IMG/VR virus record: IMGVR_UViG_3300027740_000003
Span: 1 to 64,000 of that record
Origin: a virus
Taxonomy: Duplodnaviria > Caudoviricetes
Direction: 5' to 3' (one strand)
DNA: 64,000 nt
Below, in pieces: positions 47,369-55,131 of the stretch (positions are counted from its first letter, which is position 1; every line of letters begins with the position of its first letter). A program made the position numbers and the translations under genes. Under the pieces are notes generated by a model, which saw only the letters and a list, made by a program, of their open reading frames with translations, made no database searches and was not told where the DNA came from.

Positions 47369-47779
47369 CTATTCGATTATATCTTTTGCTATTTTTTCTG
47401 CTTCAGATAATTTCGTTTGTTTAAAATCAACTTCTACCGAATATCCGTTAGAGCTTTCTCCAAGCCAACGAATAGTCAAATACCCTTTAATTGTAGCGAG
47501 TTTGTAGAATGTCCAAACTCCATAGTTTTCTTTTTCAGAATCTTCGTGGACATAATTACTAACCTCTTCTGCCATCACTAAAGGGCTGCCAATAAGATCT
47601 TTAGGATCCCCGCATATATCTTCTATTTCAACCTGCTCGCAACAGTCCTGTTCGTGCTGTAGCTCATATTCAGAACCATCGGAACAAATGAATAATATTC
47701 CGGAACTGCCCTTTTCCAGTCCAGCAATCCTAGTAATGGTTTTTCCAATCATATAAGATATATCAATTTGCTTGTCCAT
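47369..47779 (-). CDS. Conserved phage hypothetical protein ending AEKIAKDIIE
   Basis: HEQDCCEQVEIEDICGD, WTFYKLATIKGYLTIRWLGESSNGYS; tag appended. Confidence 0.7.
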   Translation of the reverse strand: MDKQIDISYMIGKTITRIAGLEKGSSGILFICSDGSEYELQHEQDCCEQVEIEDICGDPKDLIGSPLVMAEEVSNYVHEDSEKENYGVWTFYKLATIKGYLTIRWLGESSNGYSVEVDFKQTKLSEAEKIAKDIIE

Positions 47780-47815
47780 TTTCTATGATTCTTTCTAATG
47801 TTTTATTTAAAAAAT

Positions 47816-47883
47816 GATAGGAAATCGAGAAACCTGTTTTTAATCATTGGTAAATGTAGAAGGAAGGTTTCTTCTGGCCTATC
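47816..47883 (-). ncRNA. Candidate structured ncRNA, unit A
   Basis: GATAGG/CCTATC outer stem, AGAAACC/GGTTTCT inner stem, loop TTCCTTCT..ATTTAC..AAACA. Confidence 0.6.
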
Positions 47884-47892
47884 GTTAGTTGG

Positions 47893-47953
47893 TGATGGGG
47901 AATCGAAAAATCTGTTTCGTAAAATGAGAAGGAAGATTAATCATGGCCCATCA
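47893..47953 (-). ncRNA. Candidate structured ncRNA, unit B
   Basis: TGATGGG/CCCATCA outer stem, AATC/GATT inner stem, same loop motifs as unit A. Confidence 0.6.
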
Positions 47954-47962
47954 TTGTCTTGT

Positions 47963-50002
47963 TCAACCACTTAAAATCTTATTAAGATCTAGTGGAGTGT
48001 AATCTGTTTTCTCCTCGTTTTGGAAGATATATGAAGGTTGTTTTGGACCAACCTTAACTCCTTTATTCGAATATAATACCTGCCCTTTACCTCGACTACG
48101 AACCGACTCTTTGAATAAATCATGTACTGACGGAAGGGTATTTATATATTCCAAGAATGCCGGCATCTGTTCGCTAAGTGTTTGCCCATTCATAGCTGCA
48201 CTTCTAACATTAGACTTCAGATTAGCATCAATATAAATCAGCTCTTTGGTCTTCAAATCAATTAAACAAACATACTTTGTTTTGTACTCTCCAGTAAGTT
48301 TAAACGAAAGCTGACACCGCGATGGTTCAAATAATTTTCCTGCTTGTGGATCAGTTCCCCATTGCAATGCAGCAAAAACATCCTTTGCCGCAGAGAAAGG
48401 AACTCCAGAAAAGCAAAGAATATTCCAGACGGCATATCTAACACCGGATTTTACCAACTTGTCGGGATAGATATCGATTAGTTGTGCTGCTCGACCTTTC
48501 ATATCTGAACTATTACAAGGATCCCCAGAGAAAATAGCAGCATCATGGAAACGATTTGTATTCCAACAACATGCTCCAATCGATTTCCAGTTGGCATCAA
48601 AAAAGTTCCACCCATTATCAAACCAAGTGTTTCCATGTGATTTGTTTTCCCAGTAAGATGCTGTTCGAATAAACTTTACATCGTCTGGAATCTGGAACAC
48701 TGTGCCCCTAGCATAATTTCCTTCATCATTTCCATTTGGAAGCTTGATGGATTCCGTTGCGGGATCTAGGTTGAGAACCTTTGGAACGCGACGAGACAAC
48801 TCTTTCCCAATTGCAGAAGAAATTTTCTTAATACATTCTGCATTTACAGGACGCGGTGAACTAATTTTTAACCTTGCCCAATTTCCCTTGGGAGGAAATA
48901 CCCGATGCTGTCTTAGATTAGCCGTTTCAAGCAAACGCCGAATAGAAACAAGCTGCTGAATTGTTAGTTTAGGAACGATTGAAACAAAAGAACTAGCCGC
49001 ATGTTCCCCAAAGACATCAACAGTATGAACTAGACGCCGCATAAACTCTCCAGGACGAGCCGATAACATATCTAGTACCGCCAGGTCCTTTTGCTTCAAA
49101 AGCTTTTCTACTTTTGAATTAAAAGTTATTAAGCGGTTATTGTAGAGTTTGTCAGCAATATCAACAACGCTAGCATGAGATTCTTTAAAATCTCCGGGGT
49201 GGAGATTGTGAAATAATTTCTTCCATACATTCTTTCTTCTAGCTACATCTTCTGATAGATTATTACACCTATCTAGCATGTCCATTAAGAATCTTCGGGT
49301 CTTTCGATTGAAAGACTTGAACTTAACATTCTCTCGCAATGATACATCACCATCACTTAGTCCAGCTGCTAAACGCAGAACATCAGTAGCTGTCTTTACT
49401 TTAATCTGTATTCCAGAATTAATATAATGTTTAGCAAGACTTACCAGATTTTCTTTAAAAGAAATTTTAGAAAAGTCTACAACATGTTCTTCACTAAGAA
49501 AAAGAACATCTTCAAACTCGCTGTTCTTCCATTTAACTTTAATGGACAGCAATGAGTTCAACACGTTTTGTAATGTGTTTGGTTTCGCAGGCATTAAAGC
49601 AACAGACTTGCGTTCTGTTGGATTCATGTCTTCACGGGGTTTTGTTGGTTCCGTAAAGAGTTCTTTTGGAAAACCCCAATACATAAGGATTTGTGGGATC
49701 CAATATTCAGCTTCGCTCTTTGCTAGAACCTCAGCGGGGAAGTTTTTGTAAACAACAAACTTGCCAATCTTTCGGCTCTCACCAGTGATAAGTTTTAACT
49801 CTTTTTCTACGGCAAACCACCAATTTACTAGAGTAGAATGAGGAAGAACACTGACGGTTTTGTAAAAATCTGGGCTAAGACAATAGCCATAGTATTCCAG
49901 ATTCATTAGAATCGTAGCTAACGCTTCAGTATTTGGCTCTGATGGTTCAGATGTAGGAATCTGAACATAATTGTTTCGCAGTAGAATATTAACGTTATTC
50001 AT
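47963..50002 (-). CDS. Large helical (ROT/TROVE-like) protein with C-terminal TerD-like domain
   Basis: NILLR..LATILMNLEYYGY N-terminus, KENL, RPGEFMRRL, C-terminal FSGD...AAQLIDI...GVRYAVWNILCFSGVPF; start reset to ATG 50002. Confidence 0.65.
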   Translation of the reverse strand: MNNVNILLRNNYVQIPTSEPSEPNTEALATILMNLEYYGYCLSPDFYKTVSVLPHSTLVNWWFAVEKELKLITGESRKIGKFVVYKNFPAEVLAKSEAEYWIPQILMYWGFPKELFTEPTKPREDMNPTERKSVALMPAKPNTLQNVLNSLLSIKVKWKNSEFEDVLFLSEEHVVDFSKISFKENLVSLAKHYINSGIQIKVKTATDVLRLAAGLSDGDVSLRENVKFKSFNRKTRRFLMDMLDRCNNLSEDVARRKNVWKKLFHNLHPGDFKESHASVVDIADKLYNNRLITFNSKVEKLLKQKDLAVLDMLSARPGEFMRRLVHTVDVFGEHAASSFVSIVPKLTIQQLVSIRRLLETANLRQHRVFPPKGNWARLKISSPRPVNAECIKKISSAIGKELSRRVPKVLNLDPATESIKLPNGNDEGNYARGTVFQIPDDVKFIRTASYWENKSHGNTWFDNGWNFFDANWKSIGACCWNTNRFHDAAIFSGDPCNSSDMKGRAAQLIDIYPDKLVKSGVRYAVWNILCFSGVPFSAAKDVFAALQWGTDPQAGKLFEPSRCQLSFKLTGEYKTKYVCLIDLKTKELIYIDANLKSNVRSAAMNGQTLSEQMPAFLEYINTLPSVHDLFKESVRSRGKGQVLYSNKGVKVGPKQPSYIFQNEEKTDYTPLDLNKILSG

Positions 50003-50043
50003 GTTTTGGTCCAAATTGTACTGAGCTCGGCTCGTAGGTATCA

Positions 50044-50072
50044 AGTGTAATCACTTGGGGCCAGGCTGTCAA
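50044..50072 (-). promoter_or_regulatory. sigma70-type promoter for the TROVE-like/TerD gene
   Basis: TTGACA-17-TACACT. Confidence 0.7.
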
Positions 50073-50288
50073 GAGCACGGCCAATTGTTATTTAATATAA
50101 TTTTAAGAACAATATAAACATACACATTTAACATAATAAATGTTATTGTTTTTCTAACAAAAGTAATTATCTTAACAGTAGTTTCTGACCACAAAAAATC
50201 CAATACGTCTGACTCTTCAATAATAGAAAGTTCTAAATGACAAAAATAATAAACACAAACCAAAAGACTAAAAGCAATATTTCAATCA

Positions 50289-50552
50289 TTAGAACGAGTT
50301 TCCATCTGGGCGAAGCATTCTTTCTGGCATGTTTTTGTTATTACATTTTAACCAAGCCTCGATTAATTTTGCATGTTTACAATAATTAGAGCACCTACAT
50401 CCTGGACTATCACAGGACCATTTCTTTTTAGACCGGTGGATAATATAAATTGCTACAGGCTCCTTGTCAAGGTCCCATTTTGATACTTCAAAAGTATCCC
50501 AACGAAGTTCACGAATCAGGTAGCCTACTTCCATTTGGTTCCTATTATTCAA
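50289..50552 (-). CDS. SWIM zinc-finger protein
   Basis: WSCDSPGC...CKHAKLI. Confidence 0.7.
   Translation of the reverse strand: MNNRNQMEVGYLIRELRWDTFEVSKWDLDKEPVAIYIIHRSKKKWSCDSPGCRCSNYCKHAKLIEAWLKCNNKNMPERMLRPDGNSF
50442..50470 (-). promoter_or_regulatory. Possible internal sigma70-type promoter
   Basis: TTGACA-17-TATATT within the SWIM gene. Confidence 0.45.
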
Positions 50553-51063
50553 TAATATCTTTTATAGCCAATTCATCTTCTGATAAGGCTCTAGAGCCGG
50601 CAGGAAACACATATTCTGTTATTCTTTTTATTTTTGGGTTATAGATTTTAATAGAAACTAATTTCTTTTCGGAAATTAATTCCCTGATTATTTTTAAAAA
50701 ATAAGAACATGCATCTTCTTCACCCGGATATTGTTCAAAATCATTTATGTATTCCCCTTGATCAACAATTTCAACAAGCGGGAGTTCAGCATTTGTCATA
50801 AATTTTTGGATAATATTTTTATTCCGTTTATATACATTTTTCACATAATTTTCATTTATGTCAATCCAGAATTTAGGTGTAGTTTTAAACGCCTTTGCTA
50901 AACCTTTTGCGATATTTTCATTTATACAAATTTCATCATAATACAAGTTATACAACTCTTCCGCTGATATACCAGATAATTTTGAAATTTCTTCATCGGA
51001 AAAATTTAAATCTGTCTTTTTTTCACCGAGAACTTCTCCTGGAGATTTTATCTTTCTGTTCAT
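50545..51063 (-). CDS. HigA-like HTH protein with extra C-terminal domain ending DELAIKDIIE
   Basis: SPGEVL...LSGIS...IAKGLAKAFKTTPKFWI. Confidence 0.7.
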   Translation of the reverse strand: MNRKIKSPGEVLGEKKTDLNFSDEEISKLSGISAEELYNLYYDEICINENIAKGLAKAFKTTPKFWIDINENYVKNVYKRNKNIIQKFMTNAELPLVEIVDQGEYINDFEQYPGEEDACSYFLKIIRELISEKKLVSIKIYNPKIKRITEYVFPAGSRALSEDELAIKDIIE

Positions 51064-51094
51064 ATTATTTATCCATACTTTGTTGTGAAAACAA

Positions 51095-51427
51095 TTATGT
51101 TATGATGTCTTTTATCATTAATTCGTCTGGAGATAATTTTCTTAAGTTAGGCAATAGGTTGTTTATAAAATCTGACAAACGCCAATCTCCCTTGTCTTCA
51201 TAAATAACCAATATACTGTTCTGCTTTCTGTTCCGCTTTTTTCTAAAGAATTCCATATAAAATTTAGTAGATTCTAGCCACTTAAAAAAATCAAATTTTA
51301 TTAAATTAAATTTTATTGATATCATTTCATTTTGATGAAAATCAATGCCTAAATTTTTTAAACAACAATCATTAAGAACAACATATTCACCCTCAGATAT
51401 AAAACACTCTAGAATTACTCTGTCCAT
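51095..51427 (-). CDS. Paralog family member 1 (tagged)
   Basis: ILECFISEGEYVVLNDC...LPNLRKLSPDELMIKDIIT. Confidence 0.7.
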   Translation of the reverse strand: MDRVILECFISEGEYVVLNDCCLKNLGIDFHQNEMISIKFNLIKFDFFKWLESTKFYMEFFRKKRNRKQNSILVIYEDKGDWRLSDFINNLLPNLRKLSPDELMIKDIIT

Positions 51428-51450
51428 ACTACGCCTTAAATTTAATTATA

Positions 51451-51786
51451 TTAAGTAATAATGTCTTTTATCATTAGTTCGTCTGGAGTTAGTTTTTTAA
51501 GATTGGGAAGAAGGTTGTTTATAAACGCATCTAAAGTAGGCAAACCATTGATATATTTAGTATTTTCCCAAATAGCAAGATTAAATCTTGCGCCACAAAT
51601 GATTAAAACAAAACTATGTAAAATCATTTTAGGATTGGGGTTTAAAACAATTTTTTCTTCACGAAATTTAACTTGTACCAATTCGTCTTTATTAAACGGA
51701 TAATAGCAACTACAATCATTCAGGACAACATATTCTCCTTCCGATATAAAACACTCTAGAAATATTTTGTCGTTAGGAAATCTCAT
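51451..51786 (-). CDS. Paralog family member 2 (tagged)
   Basis: FLECFISEGEYVVLNDC...LPNLKKLTPDELMIKDIIT. Confidence 0.7.
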   Translation of the reverse strand: MRFPNDKIFLECFISEGEYVVLNDCSCYYPFNKDELVQVKFREEKIVLNPNPKMILHSFVLIICGARFNLAIWENTKYINGLPTLDAFINNLLPNLKKLTPDELMIKDIIT

Positions 51787-52067
51787 GTTATGATGTCTTT
51801 TATCATTAATTCATCTGGAGATAATTTTCTTAAGTTAGGCAATATGTCGTTTATAAAATCTATTAAATGCCGAGTATCAAAATCATAATTAATACAAAAC
51901 CCAGTATATCCATAATCTCTATTTTTTGAGATGATTAAATAGTTTTCATCAATTTTAACTTGTACCAATTCGTTTTCATAAAACGGAAAATAACAATAAC
52001 AATTATTCAGGACAACATATTCTCCGTCCAATATAAAACACTCTAGAATTATTTGTTGGTTATTCAT
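51783..52067 (-). CDS. Paralog family member 3 (tagged)
   Basis: ILECFILDGEYVVLNNC...LPNLRKLSPDELMIKDIIT. Confidence 0.7.
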   Translation of the reverse strand: MNNQQIILECFILDGEYVVLNNCYCYFPFYENELVQVKIDENYLIISKNRDYGYTGFCINYDFDTRHLIDFINDILPNLRKLSPDELMIKDIIT

Positions 52068-52138
52068 GCTATTTGGTTTGCCAACCGGATTCTATTCATA
52101 TTCTATCAAACAACAGCTGTTATTAAAAATTTCAAAGT

Positions 52139-52444
52139 TTAATAATAATGTTTACATTCGCTAACCAAATCATAACTATTTTGCGATGTTGGGTTGTTGT
52201 CTACACGACTATTTGCCGGAAAAATTTTAACAATTAAAACTTCTTCGGGATTATCTTTTGAATAACGAAGAACTGTATAATCTTCATATTTTAAATCTCC
52301 AATATCTAGCTCATTAGGGGCCTGTTCAAATCCTAATTTTTTAGCAAGCTTGTTTGATTCGGCTGGTGTTTTTATTTCATCTGAATAATCATCTTCAGAC
52401 GAAAAGCGTGAAACTCCATAAAATTCCTTTTCGTTCACAATCAT
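52139..52444 (-). CDS. Hypothetical protein
   Basis: 101-aa ORF. Confidence 0.55.
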   Translation of the reverse strand: MIVNEKEFYGVSRFSSEDDYSDEIKTPAESNKLAKKLGFEQAPNELDIGDLKYEDYTVLRYSKDNPEEVLIVKIFPANSRVDNNPTSQNSYDLVSECKHYY

Positions 52445-53169
52445 ATATTTGCCTTTGATTTTAAAATTTCATTAATTGTTTTTTCTTTTTCTGGATCTAA
52501 TTTTGTGATTTCTACAATGTCAACAATTTTACCTATATCATTTGTTTTCAACTCAATACCATAAATTAAACTAACTCCTGGATTATAAATATTTCGTAAT
52601 GTTCCGGTACTGAAATAAAGTTCATAACTAAAACTTTGATCATTAATTGCTTTTTCAGCATTGTAATCTGCTTCTTTTTGACTACAAGCCGCTTCAGTGG
52701 TAAAATAATAATTTTTGTGGGGCTCATTAACTTTATAAGGAGTCTTGTCTAGATTCCTATTATAAGGATCTTCGTCATTTGATAATTTAAAACATTTTCC
52801 ATTATCTGGTAAAAGTTGGGCCCAATTATTTTTTTCTAATTCTAATTCTATATCTTCAAAAGAATTTGATTTGAAATATTCTTCTATATCATTTTTTATT
52901 AGATTATAAAAACCCTCAGTCAGGATTTTATATTTTTTATCGTAGTTGTTGTAAATATGATTTACTGATTCTAAATTGTATTTTTCCAAAAATTTATTAT
53001 ATTTATCTTTATTCGTTGGAATATTATAATTCATTGGAATATTATATTTTTCTATTAAAAACTTTAACATATAAATTATTTCTTCACCGGCTTGTAAAAA
53101 TTTATTAGTTAATTCAGCAAACAAATCATTTTCTTTTTTAGTTATCAACATATTTTTCTTTCTTTTCAT
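52441..53169 (-). CDS. Hypothetical protein
   Basis: 242-aa AT-rich ORF downstream of a promoter. Confidence 0.6.
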   Translation of the reverse strand: MKRKKNMLITKKENDLFAELTNKFLQAGEEIIYMLKFLIEKYNIPMNYNIPTNKDKYNKFLEKYNLESVNHIYNNYDKKYKILTEGFYNLIKNDIEEYFKSNSFEDIELELEKNNWAQLLPDNGKCFKLSNDEDPYNRNLDKTPYKVNEPHKNYYFTTEAACSQKEADYNAEKAINDQSFSYELYFSTGTLRNIYNPGVSLIYGIELKTNDIGKIVDIVEITKLDPEKEKTINEILKSKANI

Positions 53170-53197
53170 TTGCGGTGTTTCCGCGGGGTAGGCAACT

Positions 53198-53225
53198 AAT
53201 CTAGCTGATATTTTTCTTTTGTCAA
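53198..53225 (-). promoter_or_regulatory. sigma70-type promoter
   Basis: TTGACA-16-TAGATT. Confidence 0.6.
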
Positions 53226-53296
53226 GCTCAGACTAAGGTTTTTTTTTGGCTGAAAATTTGTTCAGGTAGTGTGAACAAATGGATACAGGTGGGAGG

Positions 53297-54007
53297 CTAG
53301 AAGGTTTCTTCTGGGGGCGAACCACATTCACACACCTGTTCACCGGCTGAGTTAGAATTTATAATATAGGTGCATATATAGCCGGCAGGGTAATTTTCCC
53401 ATATAAGCTGGGACTCGATAGCTTCGCTTTGGAGCTGAGACAGGGGAAAAATATCATCATCTTCATCATTTAGAGGATCATCAGGATCATAAGGCACACA
53501 TGATGCTTTTTCCCAGCATACATCACCGTGTCCTAGTAGTTGGATATAATTATGCATTCCCACATAATGATAACAGTTCCAATCTGTTGTTATGTCTGAA
53601 TAAGTATTGGTGTTAGTTATTCTAATTGGATTTGTTTCTGTTGTTATGTCTGTTTCTGTAGAAGTTGTTATTTCTGTTGTTGTATTTATCTGAGATTGTG
53701 TTTCGGGGGATGTTTCAATTTGAGATTCTGTTGTTGTTTCTTGGAAGGTTTCTGTTTCGGTGGAAATTGTTATTTCTGTCTCTGTATTTATTTGAGATTC
53801 GGTGAATGTTTCCGGGGAGGTTTCAATTTGAGACGCGGTTTCTGTATTTATTTGGGTTTCAATTTGAGTTTCGGGGAAAGTTTCAGCTCCGGTGGAAGTT
53901 TCCGTTGTTGTTTGGGTTCGGTATTCTATCTCGGGAAAGAGGTAGGTGTCATTTCCACCGCAGGCGGAAAGAGCAACTAGGACCGGAATAATTAGTAGTT
54001 TTTTCAT
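53297..54007 (-). CDS. Lipoprotein with Thr/Glu-rich low-complexity repeats
   Basis: MKKLLIIPVLVALSA-C lipobox; repeated ETSPET/SQIET/TETE units; Cys-containing C-terminal domain. Confidence 0.75.
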   Translation of the reverse strand: MKKLLIIPVLVALSACGGNDTYLFPEIEYRTQTTTETSTGAETFPETQIETQINTETASQIETSPETFTESQINTETEITISTETETFQETTTESQIETSPETQSQINTTTEITTSTETDITTETNPIRITNTNTYSDITTDWNCYHYVGMHNYIQLLGHGDVCWEKASCVPYDPDDPLNDEDDDIFPLSQLQSEAIESQLIWENYPAGYICTYIINSNSAGEQVCECGSPPEETF

Positions 54008-54200
54008 GGTTTTCCTTTTAGATTTTTTTTATTTATCACAAATCACAGGTTTAAATGAATATTCTTCAAATGGTTCAATATTTTGACCACAATAGTCAAT
54101 TGACTCCGCTGGGTGTAAATTCCTAATCGGTTGGTTGGGTATAACAAATAATGTCTGTTGATTTCTCTTTGCTTGTATTAGGTTTTTTAATTTTCATTCT

Positions 54201-54794
54201 TCATTTCCTTGCAACATTTTTTTTAATGAATGGAAGGATTCTTCTGAACGTATAAACATCAACAATAATAAACCTTCTGCCAGACAATATCATCTTATAA
54301 TCACCATCTTGTTTTTTTATACCTAGAACCATACGTCCAAGATCTTTAAATATCCACTCTCTAGTTTCAGAGTTTTCTTTTGATAAAACTTTGGCAGCAT
54401 CTTTATGTTTCGACCAATCTAAAACCGATTCTGTTCCCTGAATAAAAAAACTTGCATCATCATATAAACTACAATAAAGAAGAGTATATCCGTCTATCCA
54501 TACCAAACCTTCCCTCTTTATCTGATCATAAAAAGATGAAGGCAAAATTATTGCAGGAACTTTAATCCCAACACTCCTTGCTGCCGCAATCCTGTGAGAT
54601 CCTGTAATAGAATAATACTTCCACCGTTTTGAATTACGCAATTTAATTACTACTAATGGCCTGTTCTTCCACCCTACATCTAAAAACCTTTTAGACAAAA
54701 CAATAGATCTTAACCTGCAAGTCTCTCCATGTGGCGGACGTATCGAATTAGGATCTAACCATTTCATTTCTGCTATACCCTGTTTCTTTTCCAA
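54201..54794 (-). CDS. ParB/Srx-like domain protein
   Basis: IRPPH, GWKNRPLVV, ITGSHRIAAARSVG..VPA. Confidence 0.7.
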   Translation of the reverse strand: MEKKQGIAEMKWLDPNSIRPPHGETCRLRSIVLSKRFLDVGWKNRPLVVIKLRNSKRWKYYSITGSHRIAAARSVGIKVPAIILPSSFYDQIKREGLVWIDGYTLLYCSLYDDASFFIQGTESVLDWSKHKDAAKVLSKENSETREWIFKDLGRMVLGIKKQDGDYKMILSGRRFIIVDVYTFRRILPFIKKNVARK

Positions 54795-54912
54795 ATTAGA
54801 TCAAAAAGTGTACAATAAGTATAAGTTGCTAAAAATAAGATTAAAGCAAGTATAGCGTCGCCAAATAGAAAATAATGTATACACGCAGCAAACAACGACA
54901 TTACAAAATTCA

Positions 54913-55131
54913 TTAATTTAACTCCACTAGAAGATAGGGCAAACCAGCTCGATAAAAAATATCATTATCATCAGCTACACAATGTGTGATCTTTACTATT
55001 TCAAATGATCCCGAACCGTCCGTGGATTGCACATAATCACCAACCATAGGCCTACAAGCAAATTCAATTGGCCAGTCCCCAAATTCAGGATTGTTATTAA
55101 CTACACACGCCACTCTAATCTTTTCCATCAC
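54913..55131 (-). CDS. Hypothetical protein
   Basis: 72 aa, F..RPMVGDYV. Confidence 0.55.
   Translation of the reverse strand: MMEKIRVACVVNNNPEFGDWPIEFACRPMVGDYVQSTDGSGSFEIVKITHCVADDNDIFYRAGLPYLLVELN

Noticed and set aside
47963-50002. RING finger within the TROVE-like/TerD protein
   Set aside because: No Cys/His cluster of RING spacing is visible.
3247-50044. ORF-track N-terminal extensions running through promoters (3247..4170, 27044..27661, 31193..31528, 31525..31788, 45080..45487, 47963..50044)
   Set aside because: Most begin at the TTG of the TTGACA -35 box and all run through the promoter; downstream ATGs are the plausible starts.
51095-52067. Diversity-generating retroelement or integron cassette origin of the paralog/tag arrays
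   Set aside because: No reverse transcriptase, integrase, template repeat or attC-like palindromes; differences are not adenine-specific.
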